Origin: Escherichia phage vB_Eco_F25
Reading direction: 5' to 3' (one strand)
DNA length: 64,000 nucleotides
Sequence record: OP870144.1
In this document: one piece after another, positions 1 to 9,231 of the stretch
Position numbering within the stretch: position 1 is the first letter of the stretch
Layout: every line of letters begins with the position of its first letter
Made by a program: the position numbers and the translations under genes
The notes under the pieces: model-generated
The model's database searches: none
Told to the model about the DNA's origin: nothing
What the model saw: only the letters and a program-made list of their open reading frames with translations

Positions 1-747
1 AACAATATTAACTAATCTTTCATTAGCTTCTTCTATTTCCGATTTTAGCGTTCTAGCTTCCTTTGCCAAATCGTCATACATATTCTGTAGACGAGTAAGG
101 TTGTCACCAGACAATTTTTTCTGTCGTTCAACATTATCGTTATATATTTTAATTTGTTGGATAATACTATCTTTTTTAACATCAAGCACTTGGTTTTGTG
201 AATTTAATTCACGTATTAGTGCTTTATTAAGCTTATCCATTTCAGCTAATGTTCCTACCTCGAGCAGGTCTTCGACGAGTTTTCTTCTTGCAGGAGTGGA
301 TAGGCCCATGAAAGGGGTATATCCAGCCGTGCCGAGTACGACGATCTGTTTGAAACTGGCGTATGACATTCCGATAAGCTGTTCAAATTCTGCTTGGAAA
401 TCTTTACTGCTGGCAGATTCATTAAGACGTGTACCGTTAACGGTGATTTCGAAAACATTTGGTTTTTGTCCTCTTTTGATATAGTACTTTTTCTCATCAT
501 ATTCCATCCACAGTTCAACTAAAAGCTCTTTCTTATTTGTGCTGTTTATTAATTGGCCTTTCTTTACATCACGAAATGGCTTGCCAAAAAGCCCAAATGT
601 GATGGCTTCTAACATAGTAGACTTACCACCACCATTTCGTCCAGTAATAAGAGTTTTTTGAACCTTATCTAATTGAATGTCAATAGGATTTCCACCTACT
701 GACATTATATTTTGATATCTAACTCGGTTTAGTTTAAAATTCTTCAC
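1..747 (-). CDS. 46: gp46 recombination endonuclease subunit (Rad50/SbcC-like ATPase), N-terminal part; gene continues beyond window start
   Basis: Minus-strand frame open from 747 to 1; N-terminus MKNFKLNRVRYQNIMSVGG with Walker A GRNGGGKST; apparent GTG start overlapping upstream TGA. Confidence 0.85.
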   Translation of the reverse strand, partial: MKNFKLNRVRYQNIMSVGGNPIDIQLDKVQKTLITGRNGGGKSTMLEAITFGLFGKPFRDVKKGQLINSTNKKELLVELWMEYDEKKYYIKRGQKPNVFEITVNGTRLNESASSKDFQAEFEQLIGMSYASFKQIVVLGTAGYTPFMGLSTPARRKLVEDLLEVGTLAEMDKLNKALIRELNSQNQVLDVKKDSIIQQIKIYNDNVERQKKLSGDNLTRLQNMYDDLAKEARTLKSEIEEANERLVNIV

Positions 748-959
748 AAAAGATTCCTTTTAATGTATCTTTTAGACCATTCTATCATATCATCATAATC
801 TAAAAAGTATTCATCAAATTCAGCCATGCAAACAACACCTTGTGCTGCTTTTGATGTGATATAAATTATTCCAACATATCTAGAATCTTCTTCGGTGTAA
901 TCAATATTTGCTATGAATTCATCGTTAATGTCAAATGTCGAAAACTTCACAGTATGCAT
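744..959 (-). CDS. small hypothetical protein between genes 47 and 46
   Basis: Track ORF 744..1007; internal ATG at 959 (MHTVKFSTFD...) shortens overlap with upstream ORF; stop overlaps gene 46 start. Confidence 0.35.
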   Translation of the reverse strand: MHTVKFSTFDINDEFIANIDYTEEDSRYVGIIYITSKAAQGVVCMAEFDEYFLDYDDMIEWSKRYIKRNLL

Positions 960-1194
960 CCTTAATACAAGATACAGCCATATCTTGTAATGATTTAGGT
1001 GTGTCATTATCTAAAATGTTGAAGTTAAAAGATACAGCCCAGTCAGTGCAGACCGTGACCTTTTTAATACAATTATCTTCAACCTCTAACAGTTCAAACC
1101 AATATTCAATAATTTCTTTATGCCCAATATCATCTTTTACTTCACATTCAAAATGCTGACTCATCATAACATTTTTAAATTCATCAAAAGTCAT
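931..1194 (-). CDS. small hypothetical protein, translationally coupled to gene 47
   Basis: 87-aa ORF; its ATG overlaps the gene 47 stop in an ATGA arrangement. Confidence 0.5.
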   Translation of the reverse strand: MTFDEFKNVMMSQHFECEVKDDIGHKEIIEYWFELLEVEDNCIKKVTVCTDWAVSFNFNILDNDTPKSLQDMAVSCIKDAYCEVFDI

Positions 1195-2210
1195 TGTGTT
1201 GCCTCTACATATAACTGATTTGCATATTGAATAAGTGCTTCACGGTCAGAATCAGTGATGTCTGGAATTGCATTAATGTATTCTTCCATCAATGTCTGAA
1301 GAGATTGAACTTCAACTTCTTCGCTATCATCTGACTCAACAGAGTTATCAATCTTTGACACAACTCGTAATGAATGCACAACTTTTTCTAGTTCAGATTC
1401 GAACTTCGTTAGATTTTTGTCTACCTCAGTTACTATAACACGTACTGACAGATTTGTAAAATCTTTATAGTCAATTTTTCCCTTAAATGGATATTGAATT
1501 CGACGATGCCAGGTAGTGTTGTTTGGAATAAATTCCATTCGTTCTGTTTCTGTATCAAACATCCAGAACCCGCGAGGGTCATTCTCGTCACCTGCAGTTA
1601 GTGTCCATGGTGTCCCAATATATTTGACGTTAGCAGCCTCAGAGATAGTATGGAAGTGACCAGACCACACTTCTTTATAAGTCTTAAGGAAATCAGGTTC
1701 AAGACCGTGAGATTTCATTCCTTTATAAAAATAAAATCCATTCAGTTCCCAGTGACCAACACAAAAGGAAGCAGATGAAGTTTTAATATGTTCAAGAATT
1801 TCACCGGTATTTTCTTCACACATCCAAGGAATTAAATCAATCAAACATCCGTCAAAATCTACTGTAGTAGGCTTATCATATACTTTAACATTAGGATATT
1901 TAGCCAAAAGCTCAGTAGAAGCATTTGGAGTTAAAGTATTTTTAAAGTGCATATCATGGTTTCCTACAACAGTATGTAGGGTAATACCAGCATCATCAAG
2001 CATTTGAACTATTTCACGTGCGAACTCCATAGTTTTATGCGTGATTGCTTTTCGCACATCAAAAATATCACCGTATTGAATCCATGTAGTAATTCCATTT
2101 TTCTTAGAATATTCTATCGCCTGCTTAATTCCATCCAGCTGGATTGATTGAACCCACTCATCATCGGCTTTAACGCCTAAATGCCAATCACCTAAATTTA
2201 AAATTTTCAT
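1191..2210 (-). CDS. 47: gp47 recombination endonuclease subunit (Mre11/SbcD-like phosphoesterase)
   Basis: 339 aa, same length as T4 gp47; calcineurin-like motifs DWHLG, GDIFD, GNHD. Confidence 0.9.
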   Translation of the reverse strand: MKILNLGDWHLGVKADDEWVQSIQLDGIKQAIEYSKKNGITTWIQYGDIFDVRKAITHKTMEFAREIVQMLDDAGITLHTVVGNHDMHFKNTLTPNASTELLAKYPNVKVYDKPTTVDFDGCLIDLIPWMCEENTGEILEHIKTSSASFCVGHWELNGFYFYKGMKSHGLEPDFLKTYKEVWSGHFHTISEAANVKYIGTPWTLTAGDENDPRGFWMFDTETERMEFIPNNTTWHRRIQYPFKGKIDYKDFTNLSVRVIVTEVDKNLTKFESELEKVVHSLRVVSKIDNSVESDDSEEVEVQSLQTLMEEYINAIPDITDSDREALIQYANQLYVEATQ

Positions 2211-2347
2211 ATATCAAGAACCGTCATTGAAATGCAAAATAAAATTATTGAAATAAATCCATCTGGAGTGCTAAAGAACCCAATCCAACATGCTCTAGTG
2301 AATAGATAAAATGCGAGAAAAAGTATCACATATCCAAGAAATATCAT
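2207..2347 (-). CDS. small hydrophobic protein (46 aa)
   Basis: ATG-initiated ORF MIFLGYVILFLAFYLF... below track size cutoff; stop overlaps gene 47 ATG (ATGA). Confidence 0.35.
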   Translation of the reverse strand: MIFLGYVILFLAFYLFTRACWIGFFSTPDGFISIILFCISMTVLDI

Positions 2348-2361
2348 TATATCAAACTCCG

Positions 2362-2386
2362 TATAAAGCTAAAGGGCCGAAGCCCT
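2362..2386 (-). terminator. rho-independent terminator after a-gt
   Basis: Minus-strand hairpin AGGGC-TTCG-GCCCT directly after the a-gt stop, followed by T-rich run. Confidence 0.6.
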
Positions 2387-3589
2387 TTATTTTGTAATAA
2401 TGTCAAACTGCTCTTTAAAGCAGAAGCTTGAATCTTGATGCTGATACAAAAATTCATAAGCTTTTTCGCGTTCACGGTCATAAAGAGCTCGGTCAGATGA
2501 CAGTTCTTTAATACGTTCAAATGTTGATTCCATGTCATTTTCATCAAACCAAACGATACCGCTATCGTGCGAAATTAATGGAGTATTATCAACACGGAAT
2601 TTTAAATTTTCGCCAGTAGATTTCCAAAATACTGGAATTGTTCCACATGCACCAAGCTCGAGATGAGTATATTCTAAAGAACGCTGTAGATATTTTTTAT
2701 CTAATTTACTCAGCTGATAACCAAATCCGGATTTACTCATGCGTTCAAGCATTTCGCTATTTACATAACGGTCGAGAATTTGCGTCGGCAAATTAGGAGC
2801 AATTTTAATTTGGTCTACTTGATGAAGACGATAATACTCGTATGGAATTCCTTTTTCTTTAATAGGAATGAACGCTGGAGAACGTTCCAGACCTTCCATA
2901 ATAGTACTTAGTCCTGCAGGTTTAAGATGTTTTTCGTGAAAATCAAACATCTGATAAAAGCCTTTCCATGTAGTAGTACGACCAATCCAACGGTTGATAT
3001 TCATGTTAATTTCAGAAACATCTTTCCAGTAAGTTGATCGAACCTTCGCAATATCCATAGGAGGCTGAAAGTTATATACAGTCGGTGCTTCTTCAATATC
3101 ATCAAACAGTGAAACAGTTTCTGGATACCATTCTTTCATTAAAACTTTATTAAAATCGCCATTATCAGAATGGCTAAAAATAACATCAGCTCGACGAACA
3201 GTTTCTTCTAATCCCAAATTTCGACGCAAAGAAAGAGAAGAATGGTCATGCTGATAAACTACAACACGAACCGAAGGTTTAATGTTATCAATAATTTTTT
3301 TATAGTTATTAATCGTGTCTTCTTCAACTGAAGTAGCAGGAACTGAATTGATAACTAGAATATCACAATCATTTACCAACTTAAGTGTTTTATCGTATTC
3401 TTTTGCCAATAAAACCGGAATTGAAAATGATTTATAATCATGCGCGCAATTACGAGTAAATGATTTATCTTTAGCATAAACCAAAGTTACTTCATGACCA
3501 TTTTTAATAAACCAATCACGCTGCTCAAGAGAAAATTTAGTTACACCGCAACCTTCAAGACCTCGAGCCATAAAAATGCATACTTTCAT
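2387..3589 (-). CDS. a-gt: alpha-glucosyltransferase (glucosylation of hydroxymethylcytosine DNA)
   Basis: 400 aa, same length as T4 a-gt; N-terminus MKVCIFMARGLEGCGVTKFSLEQRDWF. Confidence 0.9.
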   Translation of the reverse strand: MKVCIFMARGLEGCGVTKFSLEQRDWFIKNGHEVTLVYAKDKSFTRNCAHDYKSFSIPVLLAKEYDKTLKLVNDCDILVINSVPATSVEEDTINNYKKIIDNIKPSVRVVVYQHDHSSLSLRRNLGLEETVRRADVIFSHSDNGDFNKVLMKEWYPETVSLFDDIEEAPTVYNFQPPMDIAKVRSTYWKDVSEINMNINRWIGRTTTWKGFYQMFDFHEKHLKPAGLSTIMEGLERSPAFIPIKEKGIPYEYYRLHQVDQIKIAPNLPTQILDRYVNSEMLERMSKSGFGYQLSKLDKKYLQRSLEYTHLELGACGTIPVFWKSTGENLKFRVDNTPLISHDSGIVWFDENDMESTFERIKELSSDRALYDREREKAYEFLYQHQDSSFCFKEQFDIITK

Positions 3590-3832
3590 TTAATATCCTC
3601 ATTGTTTTGGTTTATTTTACCAAAAATTTATAAAGCAATATAGGAGCCGAGGCTCCTATCCGCATAATACGCCATACAGAGGCTCATTAGAGCTTCTAAA
3701 TTTTATGCGCTTATATGTTATAGTTCCTTCTGCTTTAGCTTTATCATGAGACTCTTTAAAGTGTCTCATCATTTCTACTTTAGAGGAACGAATTTTATTA
3801 TAATCTATTTCAGAAGTCTGGGTGTTCATCTT

Positions 3833-4039
3833 TCACAGTTGCCACCATTTTTTGACTTGATAAGAATCAACCCACACTTTCATATTAGGGTCTGCTCTTA
3901 CAATAGGAGGATTAACTTCTTTAATTGAACTATCATGGTATTCTTTTTCAGAAATTTTCACACAAAGATGACCGTTCAAAGATTCAGTAAATCCTGCATT
4001 AATTTTAAGACGCTTGAATTTTACGTGTGTAAGCATCAA
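3833..4039 (-). CDS. hypothetical small protein
   Basis: 68-aa ORF in otherwise unassigned gap; overlaps next ORF by about 35 nt. Confidence 0.3.
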   Translation of the reverse strand: MMLTHVKFKRLKINAGFTESLNGHLCVKISEKEYHDSSIKEVNPPIVRADPNMKVWVDSYQVKKWWQL

Positions 4040-4322
4040 TCATATCCTCAATCTGCGATCTAGTAGTCTTCCAAAGAATACTAATGAGTTCATCATTATA
4101 TGGCTGTTTTAGAATATCCCGACTTTTCTTGATAGCATATTCGTATTGAGCAAAATTATTGTTTTCAGCTGCAATTTGAGCGTGTTTATAAAGACGGTTC
4201 AGTTCGCGTTTGTTTTTAGACAATAACTTATTTGCTTTTCTTTCTGCTTCAAGACGGTTCTTTTCTTCAATAGAAGAAATAAGCTTTTCCACTTCATCAT
4301 TAATTTCGGGTTTATCAGTCAT
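4005..4322 (-). CDS. hypothetical protein (105 aa, charged, helical)
   Basis: ORF tightly packed against neighbours on the early strand. Confidence 0.5.
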   Translation of the reverse strand: MTDKPEINDEVEKLISSIEEKNRLEAERKANKLLSKNKRELNRLYKHAQIAAENNNFAQYEYAIKKSRDILKQPYNDELISILWKTTRSQIEDMIDAYTRKIQAS

Positions 4323-4323
4323 A

Positions 4324-4542
4324 TTATTTCTCTAATATAAAATAAAAATCATCATCTGTTAAATGATACCGATAGTTTAATTCTACACCATTAGATTTAA
4401 AAGCGGTATCATACGGATTTTCTGGATCAATATCAATGTCAAGAGCTAAAACTTCCCTGAGATACATTTTAAGTAAATAGGGAATAGCTTCAACTTCAGG
4501 TATTTCTTCCAAGAATCCGGAGAGGTTAATCGTTAGCCTCAT
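4324..4542 (-). CDS. hypothetical protein (72 aa)
   Basis: ORF abutting upstream ORF; short overlap with gene 55 3' end. Confidence 0.45.
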
Positions 4543-5083
4543 ATAAAAAATCCAAACTAGGAGAATCGTCTACAACACTTTTCTTTTCAGCCCCCGGTGT
4601 TCTATAGGTTGATTCTTCGTAATGCGTCATTTTATCGTAGATGTCTTGAATAAAAGTTTCATCTACTAACGCAACCATATCGTCGTCACGACTGTCATAG
4701 ACATTGTGAACGAAGTAACTATATTTCTTTGCAACTTCCTTACGTTCTTTTTTAATACGTTGGACGAATGCATTAAAACAAGCTTGAGTTATATATGCAT
4801 GTGGGTTTTTATATTTCGTTTCATCAAAATTATGAAGTCCCTTAATAGAAGCTTCTATACCATCTGCAATCATTTCTTGTTTCCAAGACTGGGTGTATCC
4901 TGAAAAGTTGAAACGTTTAGATAAGCCTTCTGCAATAAGCATAATGGCTAATCCGATAGTATCATTCTGACGAACTACTTTATTTGGGTCTTTATTATTT
5001 GCTAATTCTGTTTTCCAATCAATAATAGCTTGTAAAAGCTCTTTATTGTTTACGTAATTATATTTAGGCTTAGTTTCTGACAT
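4526..5083 (-). CDS. 55: gp55 late-transcription sigma factor
   Basis: 185 aa from ATG at 5083 ([20 protein letters not shown]), same length as T4 gp55; SD GAGGTG upstream. Confidence 0.9.
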
Positions 5084-5161
5084 TTTCACCTCTTAGCTCA
5101 ATTCATAGATCTATTATATCATAATATTTGAAGATCTATCTTAAAGCATAGAGGATATCAG

Positions 5162-5431
5162 TTATCTAAGTAAGCAGTATGCTTGGAATACTTTCTCCAT
5201 CATCTTTTTAAATTCATGAATATCTATATAATGACTAGTTAAATCAGCATGATATAAAAAGTCTAAAAACTTTTCATGTGTGCTAACATATTCGCTTTCA
5301 TTTAATTCAGAAACATGGCTTTCCCAATATCCAACACCAGTCTTATTTGGGAAAAATGAAATTTTCATATATTGGTCAACATAGAAAATTCCATAATTTT
5401 CAATAGTAATAGAAATATTAATAAATTTCAT
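5162..5431 (-). CDS. hypothetical protein (89 aa)
   Basis: ORF; start overlaps stop of upstream ORF. Confidence 0.5.
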   Translation of the reverse strand: MKFINISITIENYGIFYVDQYMKISFFPNKTGVGYWESHVSELNESEYVSTHEKFLDFLYHADLTSHYIDIHEFKKMMEKVFQAYCLLR

Positions 5432-5643
5432 GCATTCATCAACTTAGCCGCTTCAAGAGCTGCATCTAGTGAATCAAATTGATCGACATATTCAATCAAT
5501 TCGCCGTAATTAGCATATAACCACCATTGGCTAAATTCATACTCAAGGATAAATCCATTTCCTTCAATTTGAGTTAAACCAATGCCATTTGTATTTACTT
5601 CATATCCGGCAAGACGCAAATCATTGATAAGAGATTCATTCAT
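5428..5643 (-). CDS. hypothetical protein (71 aa)
   Basis: ORF in tightly packed array. Confidence 0.5.
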   Translation of the reverse strand: MNESLINDLRLAGYEVNTNGIGLTQIEGNGFILEYEFSQWWLYANYGELIEYVDQFDSLDAALEAAKLMNA

Positions 5644-5645
5644 AA

Positions 5646-5972
5646 TTATACCTTAGTAATTTTCAGATCAGCAAATTTTTTCTTGCGTTGATTTTTCATA
5701 CGACGAATAGTTTTATCAGAAATTTCATGCTTTTGATAAGCTTTAGATTCTACACCAAAAGCTTTAACATCAAATTCTGACAAGATATATTGAACCAACA
5801 ATTCACGAATAGTATTTCGTCCAATTTTCTGATCATTCTGTTTCATCATCTGATGAAGCTCTTTTTCCCATTTATCCAAAATTTGAGGAGTTACAATATC
5901 GCCTTTTTCTAGCAGAGAAACTACTTTATCATATGCATAAGAATTGATGGCGTTTTTAATTTGAATAGTCAT
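5646..5972 (-). CDS. hypothetical protein (108 aa)
   Basis: ORF with coherent coding composition. Confidence 0.55.
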   Translation of the reverse strand: MTIQIKNAINSYAYDKVVSLLEKGDIVTPQILDKWEKELHQMMKQNDQKIGRNTIRELLVQYILSEFDVKAFGVESKAYQKHEISDKTIRRMKNQRKKKFADLKITKV

Positions 5973-6002
5973 ACATTATCCTCAATTGCGTTAAAATTTT
6001 AT

Positions 6003-6025
6003 TATCCAAAAAAGGGCCGAAGCCC
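6003..6025 (-). terminator. rho-independent terminator
   Basis: GGGC-TTCG-GCCC hairpin followed by TTTTTT on minus strand, immediately after ORF 6026..6226. Confidence 0.55.
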
Positions 6026-6226
6026 TTAGCTAAACTGTTTGGCGCCCTTCCAGCCTTCGTACATCATTGCGGCTGATATTAATATTGCTCCTGCGCATTT
6101 TGAATATTTGTGATTCCAAAACCAGTTCAGAAAAACTTCGTCATCAATACCTTGGGCTATCATATTTTCAAAGAACTGACGACGAGCTTCGGCAATTCGT
6201 TGCGATAATTTAGATTCAGGATTCAT
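6026..6226 (-). CDS. hypothetical protein (66 aa)
   Basis: ORF followed by terminator hairpin. Confidence 0.5.
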   Translation of the reverse strand: MNPESKLSQRIAEARRQFFENMIAQGIDDEVFLNWFWNHKYSKCAGAILISAAMMYEGWKGAKQFS

Positions 6227-6442
6227 TTAAATTTTCCAGTTACCATTTTCATCAATGAATTTAATCCAGTCATTTACTGACCACTTGGTCGTATCGCCTT
6301 TTGGAGCAACATTTAAAGTGTATAATCCTTGTTTAAAAAGCATTCGTTTGATATTCATATTTTCCTCAGCTGTAACGATAGCACTCGTTTGATTTGCGCT
6401 TAGCAACTCGTTGAGAAGTATTGTAATCAAAATCATCGTCAA
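6227..6442 (-). CDS. hypothetical small protein (start uncertain; internal ATG with SD GAGGA gives 43 aa)
   Basis: Track ORF; long form overlaps upstream ORF by 77 nt. Confidence 0.35.
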   Translation of the reverse strand: MTMILITILLNELLSANQTSAIVTAEENMNIKRMLFKQGLYTLNVAPKGDTTKWSVNDWIKFIDENGNWKI

Positions 6443-6704
6443 TGTAAACTGATTTTTTCAACTTTCTTACTTCACTACGTAATTGACGATTTAGCTCATC
6501 TTTAACTTCTGAATCAATGCCTTTCATTCTACGCCATTTATCAGAGCGAAAAATGTTTTCAACCATATCTTTATGACTTACACCATCAGGAGCTTTACGC
6601 TTTCCGAAATAGTCATAATCACGCACTTTTAAATCTTTACGACGATACGTTTTACCCATGGAGTTTAATTTCCTTAGCAACTGAACTAAATACAGCACGA
6701 TCAC
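6366..6704 (-). CDS. hypothetical basic (K/R-rich) protein
   Basis: 112-aa ORF; alternative start at 6659 (MGKTYRRKD...). Confidence 0.45.
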   Translation of the reverse strand: MIVLYLVQLLRKLNSMGKTYRRKDLKVRDYDYFGKRKAPDGVSHKDMVENIFRSDKWRRMKGIDSEVKDELNRQLRSEVRKLKKSVYIDDDFDYNTSQRVAKRKSNECYRYS

Positions 6705-6834
6705 AAATCATCTGTTTATGTAACTTAAGTATAAGATAATAAACTTCAAAACCGTTTACATAAGTAACACGAACAACATTACCATTAATAAAATAATATT
6801 GTCCCTTTTTAATTTCTTTATCAACCACAACCAT
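6652..6834 (-). CDS. hypothetical small protein (60 aa)
   Basis: Track ORF; overlaps downstream ORF. Confidence 0.3.
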   Translation of the reverse strand: MVVVDKEIKKGQYYFINGNVVRVTYVNGFEVYYLILKLHKQMICDRAVFSSVAKEIKLHG

Positions 6835-6967
6835 ATCAAATCCTCAAAGGCAATTCATATGTTAATAATACCACAGTTTGAACTTCTTGTAAACAACTTT
6901 GTGAAAATTATTTTAGGGAATGATAAGAAGTGAATGATAGTTAGAATGGTAATATACAGAATGTGAG

Positions 6968-6990
6968 AAAGAAAGGCCCAAAGGGCCCGT
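6968..6990 (-). terminator. rho-independent terminator after nrdH-like gene
   Basis: GGCCC-TTT-GGGCC hairpin followed by TTTCTTTCT on minus strand. Confidence 0.5.
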
Positions 6991-6991
6991 C

Positions 6992-7315
6992 TTAGTCTTC
7001 TATGATATCTCTATCATATCCAAGTGAAATGAGAGTTTCTTTGAAGTGTTTAATGTTCTTTTGTCTAGAATCATTAATGAAAATGACTGGATAACGAATG
7101 TTAAGAGATGTGAATCCAGCGCGTTTAGCAAGAGATACAATCAGTGGACGATCATACTCAATCTTGCCATTATTTGTAAGAACTTTATAGAAAGTAAAAG
7201 GAGCATTGAGCTCCTTTAGAAGTTTTGTAACTGATTGACATCCAGGACAACGACCTACTTCTTCGGGGATGCCATAGATTTCAATCTTATTCTTTAAGTT
7301 CGAGTTTTGTTCCAC
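6992..7315 (-). CDS. nrdH: NrdH-like glutaredoxin/thioredoxin-fold protein (CPGC active site)
   Basis: C-terminal ~97 aa KIEIYGIPEEVGRCPGCQSV...; no in-frame ATG before the redox motif, so start placed at GTG with SD AAGGA (ATT also possible). Confidence 0.6.
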   Translation of the reverse strand: MEQNSNLKNKIEIYGIPEEVGRCPGCQSVTKLLKELNAPFTFYKVLTNNGKIEYDRPLIVSLAKRAGFTSLNIRYPVIFINDSRQKNIKHFKETLISLGYDRDIIED

Positions 7316-7598
7316 GAGAAATAATTCCTTGATAAGCCCAGTATGGCGGGTTAACAGAATCATCGCCAGAATTTTCTTCAGGAAAATAAACCTGGATAAC
7401 GAAGCCGGATTCATCAAAGGTGAAATAAGTAGTAGGCAGTTCACCTAACAAATCGGCACGAGCGTTGATTTCTTCGAGGTCTTGTTCACGTCCAGCCCAG
7501 AAGCTTGGGTTCAGACTACATTCATAGAAATAATAGTCATTACCGAACATATCAAAACCATTCCAACTCTCTACTACATACCGCTCAAAACTAATCAT
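7287..7598 (-). CDS. hypothetical protein (103 aa)
   Basis: ORF. Confidence 0.5.
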   Translation of the reverse strand: MISFERYVVESWNGFDMFGNDYYFYECSLNPSFWAGREQDLEEINARADLLGELPTTYFTFDESGFVIQVYFPEENSGDDSVNPPYWAYQGIISRGTKLELKE

Positions 7599-7600
7599 AA

Positions 7601-7816
7601 TTAAGCCTTTTTATCAAGAACAGCATTCAGCTTGTTAGTAATTTTATCCAGACGCACATTGAACTCACTAGAAGATAAGCCCTTTTCTGGAGAAATTAAA
7701 CTAATAACGAAAAATACAACAATAAAAGGAATAAGGAAAATAGCTCCAACTGCCATAAACAAAAAGAATGTTACGGTTGTAAGAAAATCAGCTAAACCTT
7801 TACGAAATTTATACAT
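7601..7816 (-). CDS. small membrane protein (71 aa)
   Basis: Hydrophobic stretch TVTFFLFMAVGAIFLIPFIVVFFVISLI. Confidence 0.5.
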   Translation of the reverse strand: MYKFRKGLADFLTTVTFFLFMAVGAIFLIPFIVVFFVISLISPEKGLSSSEFNVRLDKITNKLNAVLDKKA

Positions 7817-7931
7817 ATTTTACCCTTAATTGATTAACCAAGCATTGATAAGCACTAAACTATACTGTGAATAAAATTCTGGACCAAAATGAAAAATCAT
7901 ATCATTTATAGTATCCATAATGTAATTCAAT

Positions 7932-8402
7932 TTAATCATGTGTCCACACCCCATCGGTATTTGACCAAAGTCGCTGATTATCTGATCCTCGCCACAGCTT
8001 TTTAGTCGGAAGATTTTTCTCATACTTCCCATCAATAATAACATCAACATATTTAAGCATTTCTAGTTGTTTAATATCTTCAAACTTATATCCTGTCCAC
8101 AACCAAATGCTTTTATTGGGATAAAGATTTTTAATAGTTTGAACCACAGAGTGAATCACGTCTCTGTTATCAGGATAAAGAGGGTCTCCTCCAGTTATAG
8201 TTAATCCTTCTATATAATCATTATTCAAACATTCAATTAATTGTTCTAATGTTTCACCAGTGAATGGAATACCATTTCTAGCATTCCATGTTGATTTATT
8301 ATAACACCCTTCGCATTTATGCAAACATCCAGTAACGAAAAGAACTGTCCTGCATCCAGGACCATTAACAAAGCAGCACGGGTATATTCTGTCATAATTC
8401 AT
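7932..8402 (-). CDS. nrdG: anaerobic ribonucleotide reductase activating protein (radical SAM)
   Basis: 156 aa; N-terminus MNYDRIYPCCFVNGPGCRTVLFVTGCLHKCEGC with Cys cluster. Confidence 0.9.
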   Translation of the reverse strand: MNYDRIYPCCFVNGPGCRTVLFVTGCLHKCEGCYNKSTWNARNGIPFTGETLEQLIECLNNDYIEGLTITGGDPLYPDNRDVIHSVVQTIKNLYPNKSIWLWTGYKFEDIKQLEMLKYVDVIIDGKYEKNLPTKKLWRGSDNQRLWSNTDGVWTHD

Positions 8403-9231
8403 TTATATATTTCCAATTATAGCCTTCAACACTTTTACGTTCGCCATTTAAACATTTTAAAATATTTCCTTTGCTAGAAATATTAAAATATTTTGCTGCG
8501 TCTGGTATATAATTAAATGTTTTTAAAAGAACACCATCTTTATATGCGCCAAATAAATTAAGAGTATATTTTTCTCGAAGACGCTGATGTTTCCTTTTCA
8601 TAACCTCAGGATTTGCATACGCCAACTTCAATGAATTTCTGTGTTTTTCTTTTACTTCAGGTTTTTGCATTGCTAACTTAGTTAGCCTGGAAATTTTATT
8701 TCTAACTTCGTCAGTTTTCATTGCATTTGACAAATTTAATAAAGTTTTATTTCTAACTTCAGGTTTTTGCATTGCTAACTTAGTTAGTTCTCTATGTCTT
8801 TTTCTAAAATCGTCATCCTTCCATATATTTTTCGATAATTTTGACATAGAGCGGTGAAATAATTCCTTTTCACTGGAATACAATTTAAAAATTTCATCCA
8901 ATTCATCCGCATTAAATCTATCGGTATTCAAGTTTATCATTCTATGAAAGGCATAACACATTTTACTATTGCTTGTTTTAGCTAAATAGTAATGAGCTAA
9001 CGCATGGTCATAATATGACAAATTAACAATATTCCATTTATCTGTTTTATATTCAGGAAATATAGATTTGGGAAGCACGTGATGTGCTTCCGTTTTTCCT
9101 TTTATTTTAGGATTATTATAATTTTTTGTTATCAAATCAACATATGACAATAGTAAATCATTATTTTCTTCAAATATTAAAGCTAATTTATCATTCACAA
9201 AATCGCAAGGATAAAATCTATCATAATTCAT
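8392..9231 (-). CDS. free-standing HNH homing endonuclease (Mob-like) with NUMOD3 repeats
   Basis: HNH motif EAHHVLPKS...NLSYYDHALAH; repeated LTKLAMQKPEV(R/K)NK motifs; ATG overlaps nrdD stop; first ~13 codons copy the nrdG 5' end. Confidence 0.8.
   Translation of the reverse strand: MNYDRFYPCDFVNDKLALIFEENNDLLLSYVDLITKNYNNPKIKGKTEAHHVLPKSIFPEYKTDKWNIVNLSYYDHALAHYYLAKTSNSKMCYAFHRMINLNTDRFNADELDEIFKLYSSEKELFHRSMSKLSKNIWKDDDFRKRHRELTKLAMQKPEVRNKTLLNLSNAMKTDEVRNKISRLTKLAMQKPEVKEKHRNSLKLAYANPEVMKRKHQRLREKYTLNLFGAYKDGVLLKTFNYIPDAAKYFNISSKGNILKCLNGERKSVEGYNWKYINEL

Noticed and set aside
101-518. Track ORFs 101..484 (+) and 255..518 (-) at the window start
   Set aside because: Both lie inside the gene 46 coding region in alternate or antisense frames; the minus-strand frame encoding the Rad50-like protein is the real gene.
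2347-2547. 66-aa ORF overlapping the 3' end of a-gt
   Set aside because: Alternate frame of the a-gt C-terminal coding sequence, with no independent support.
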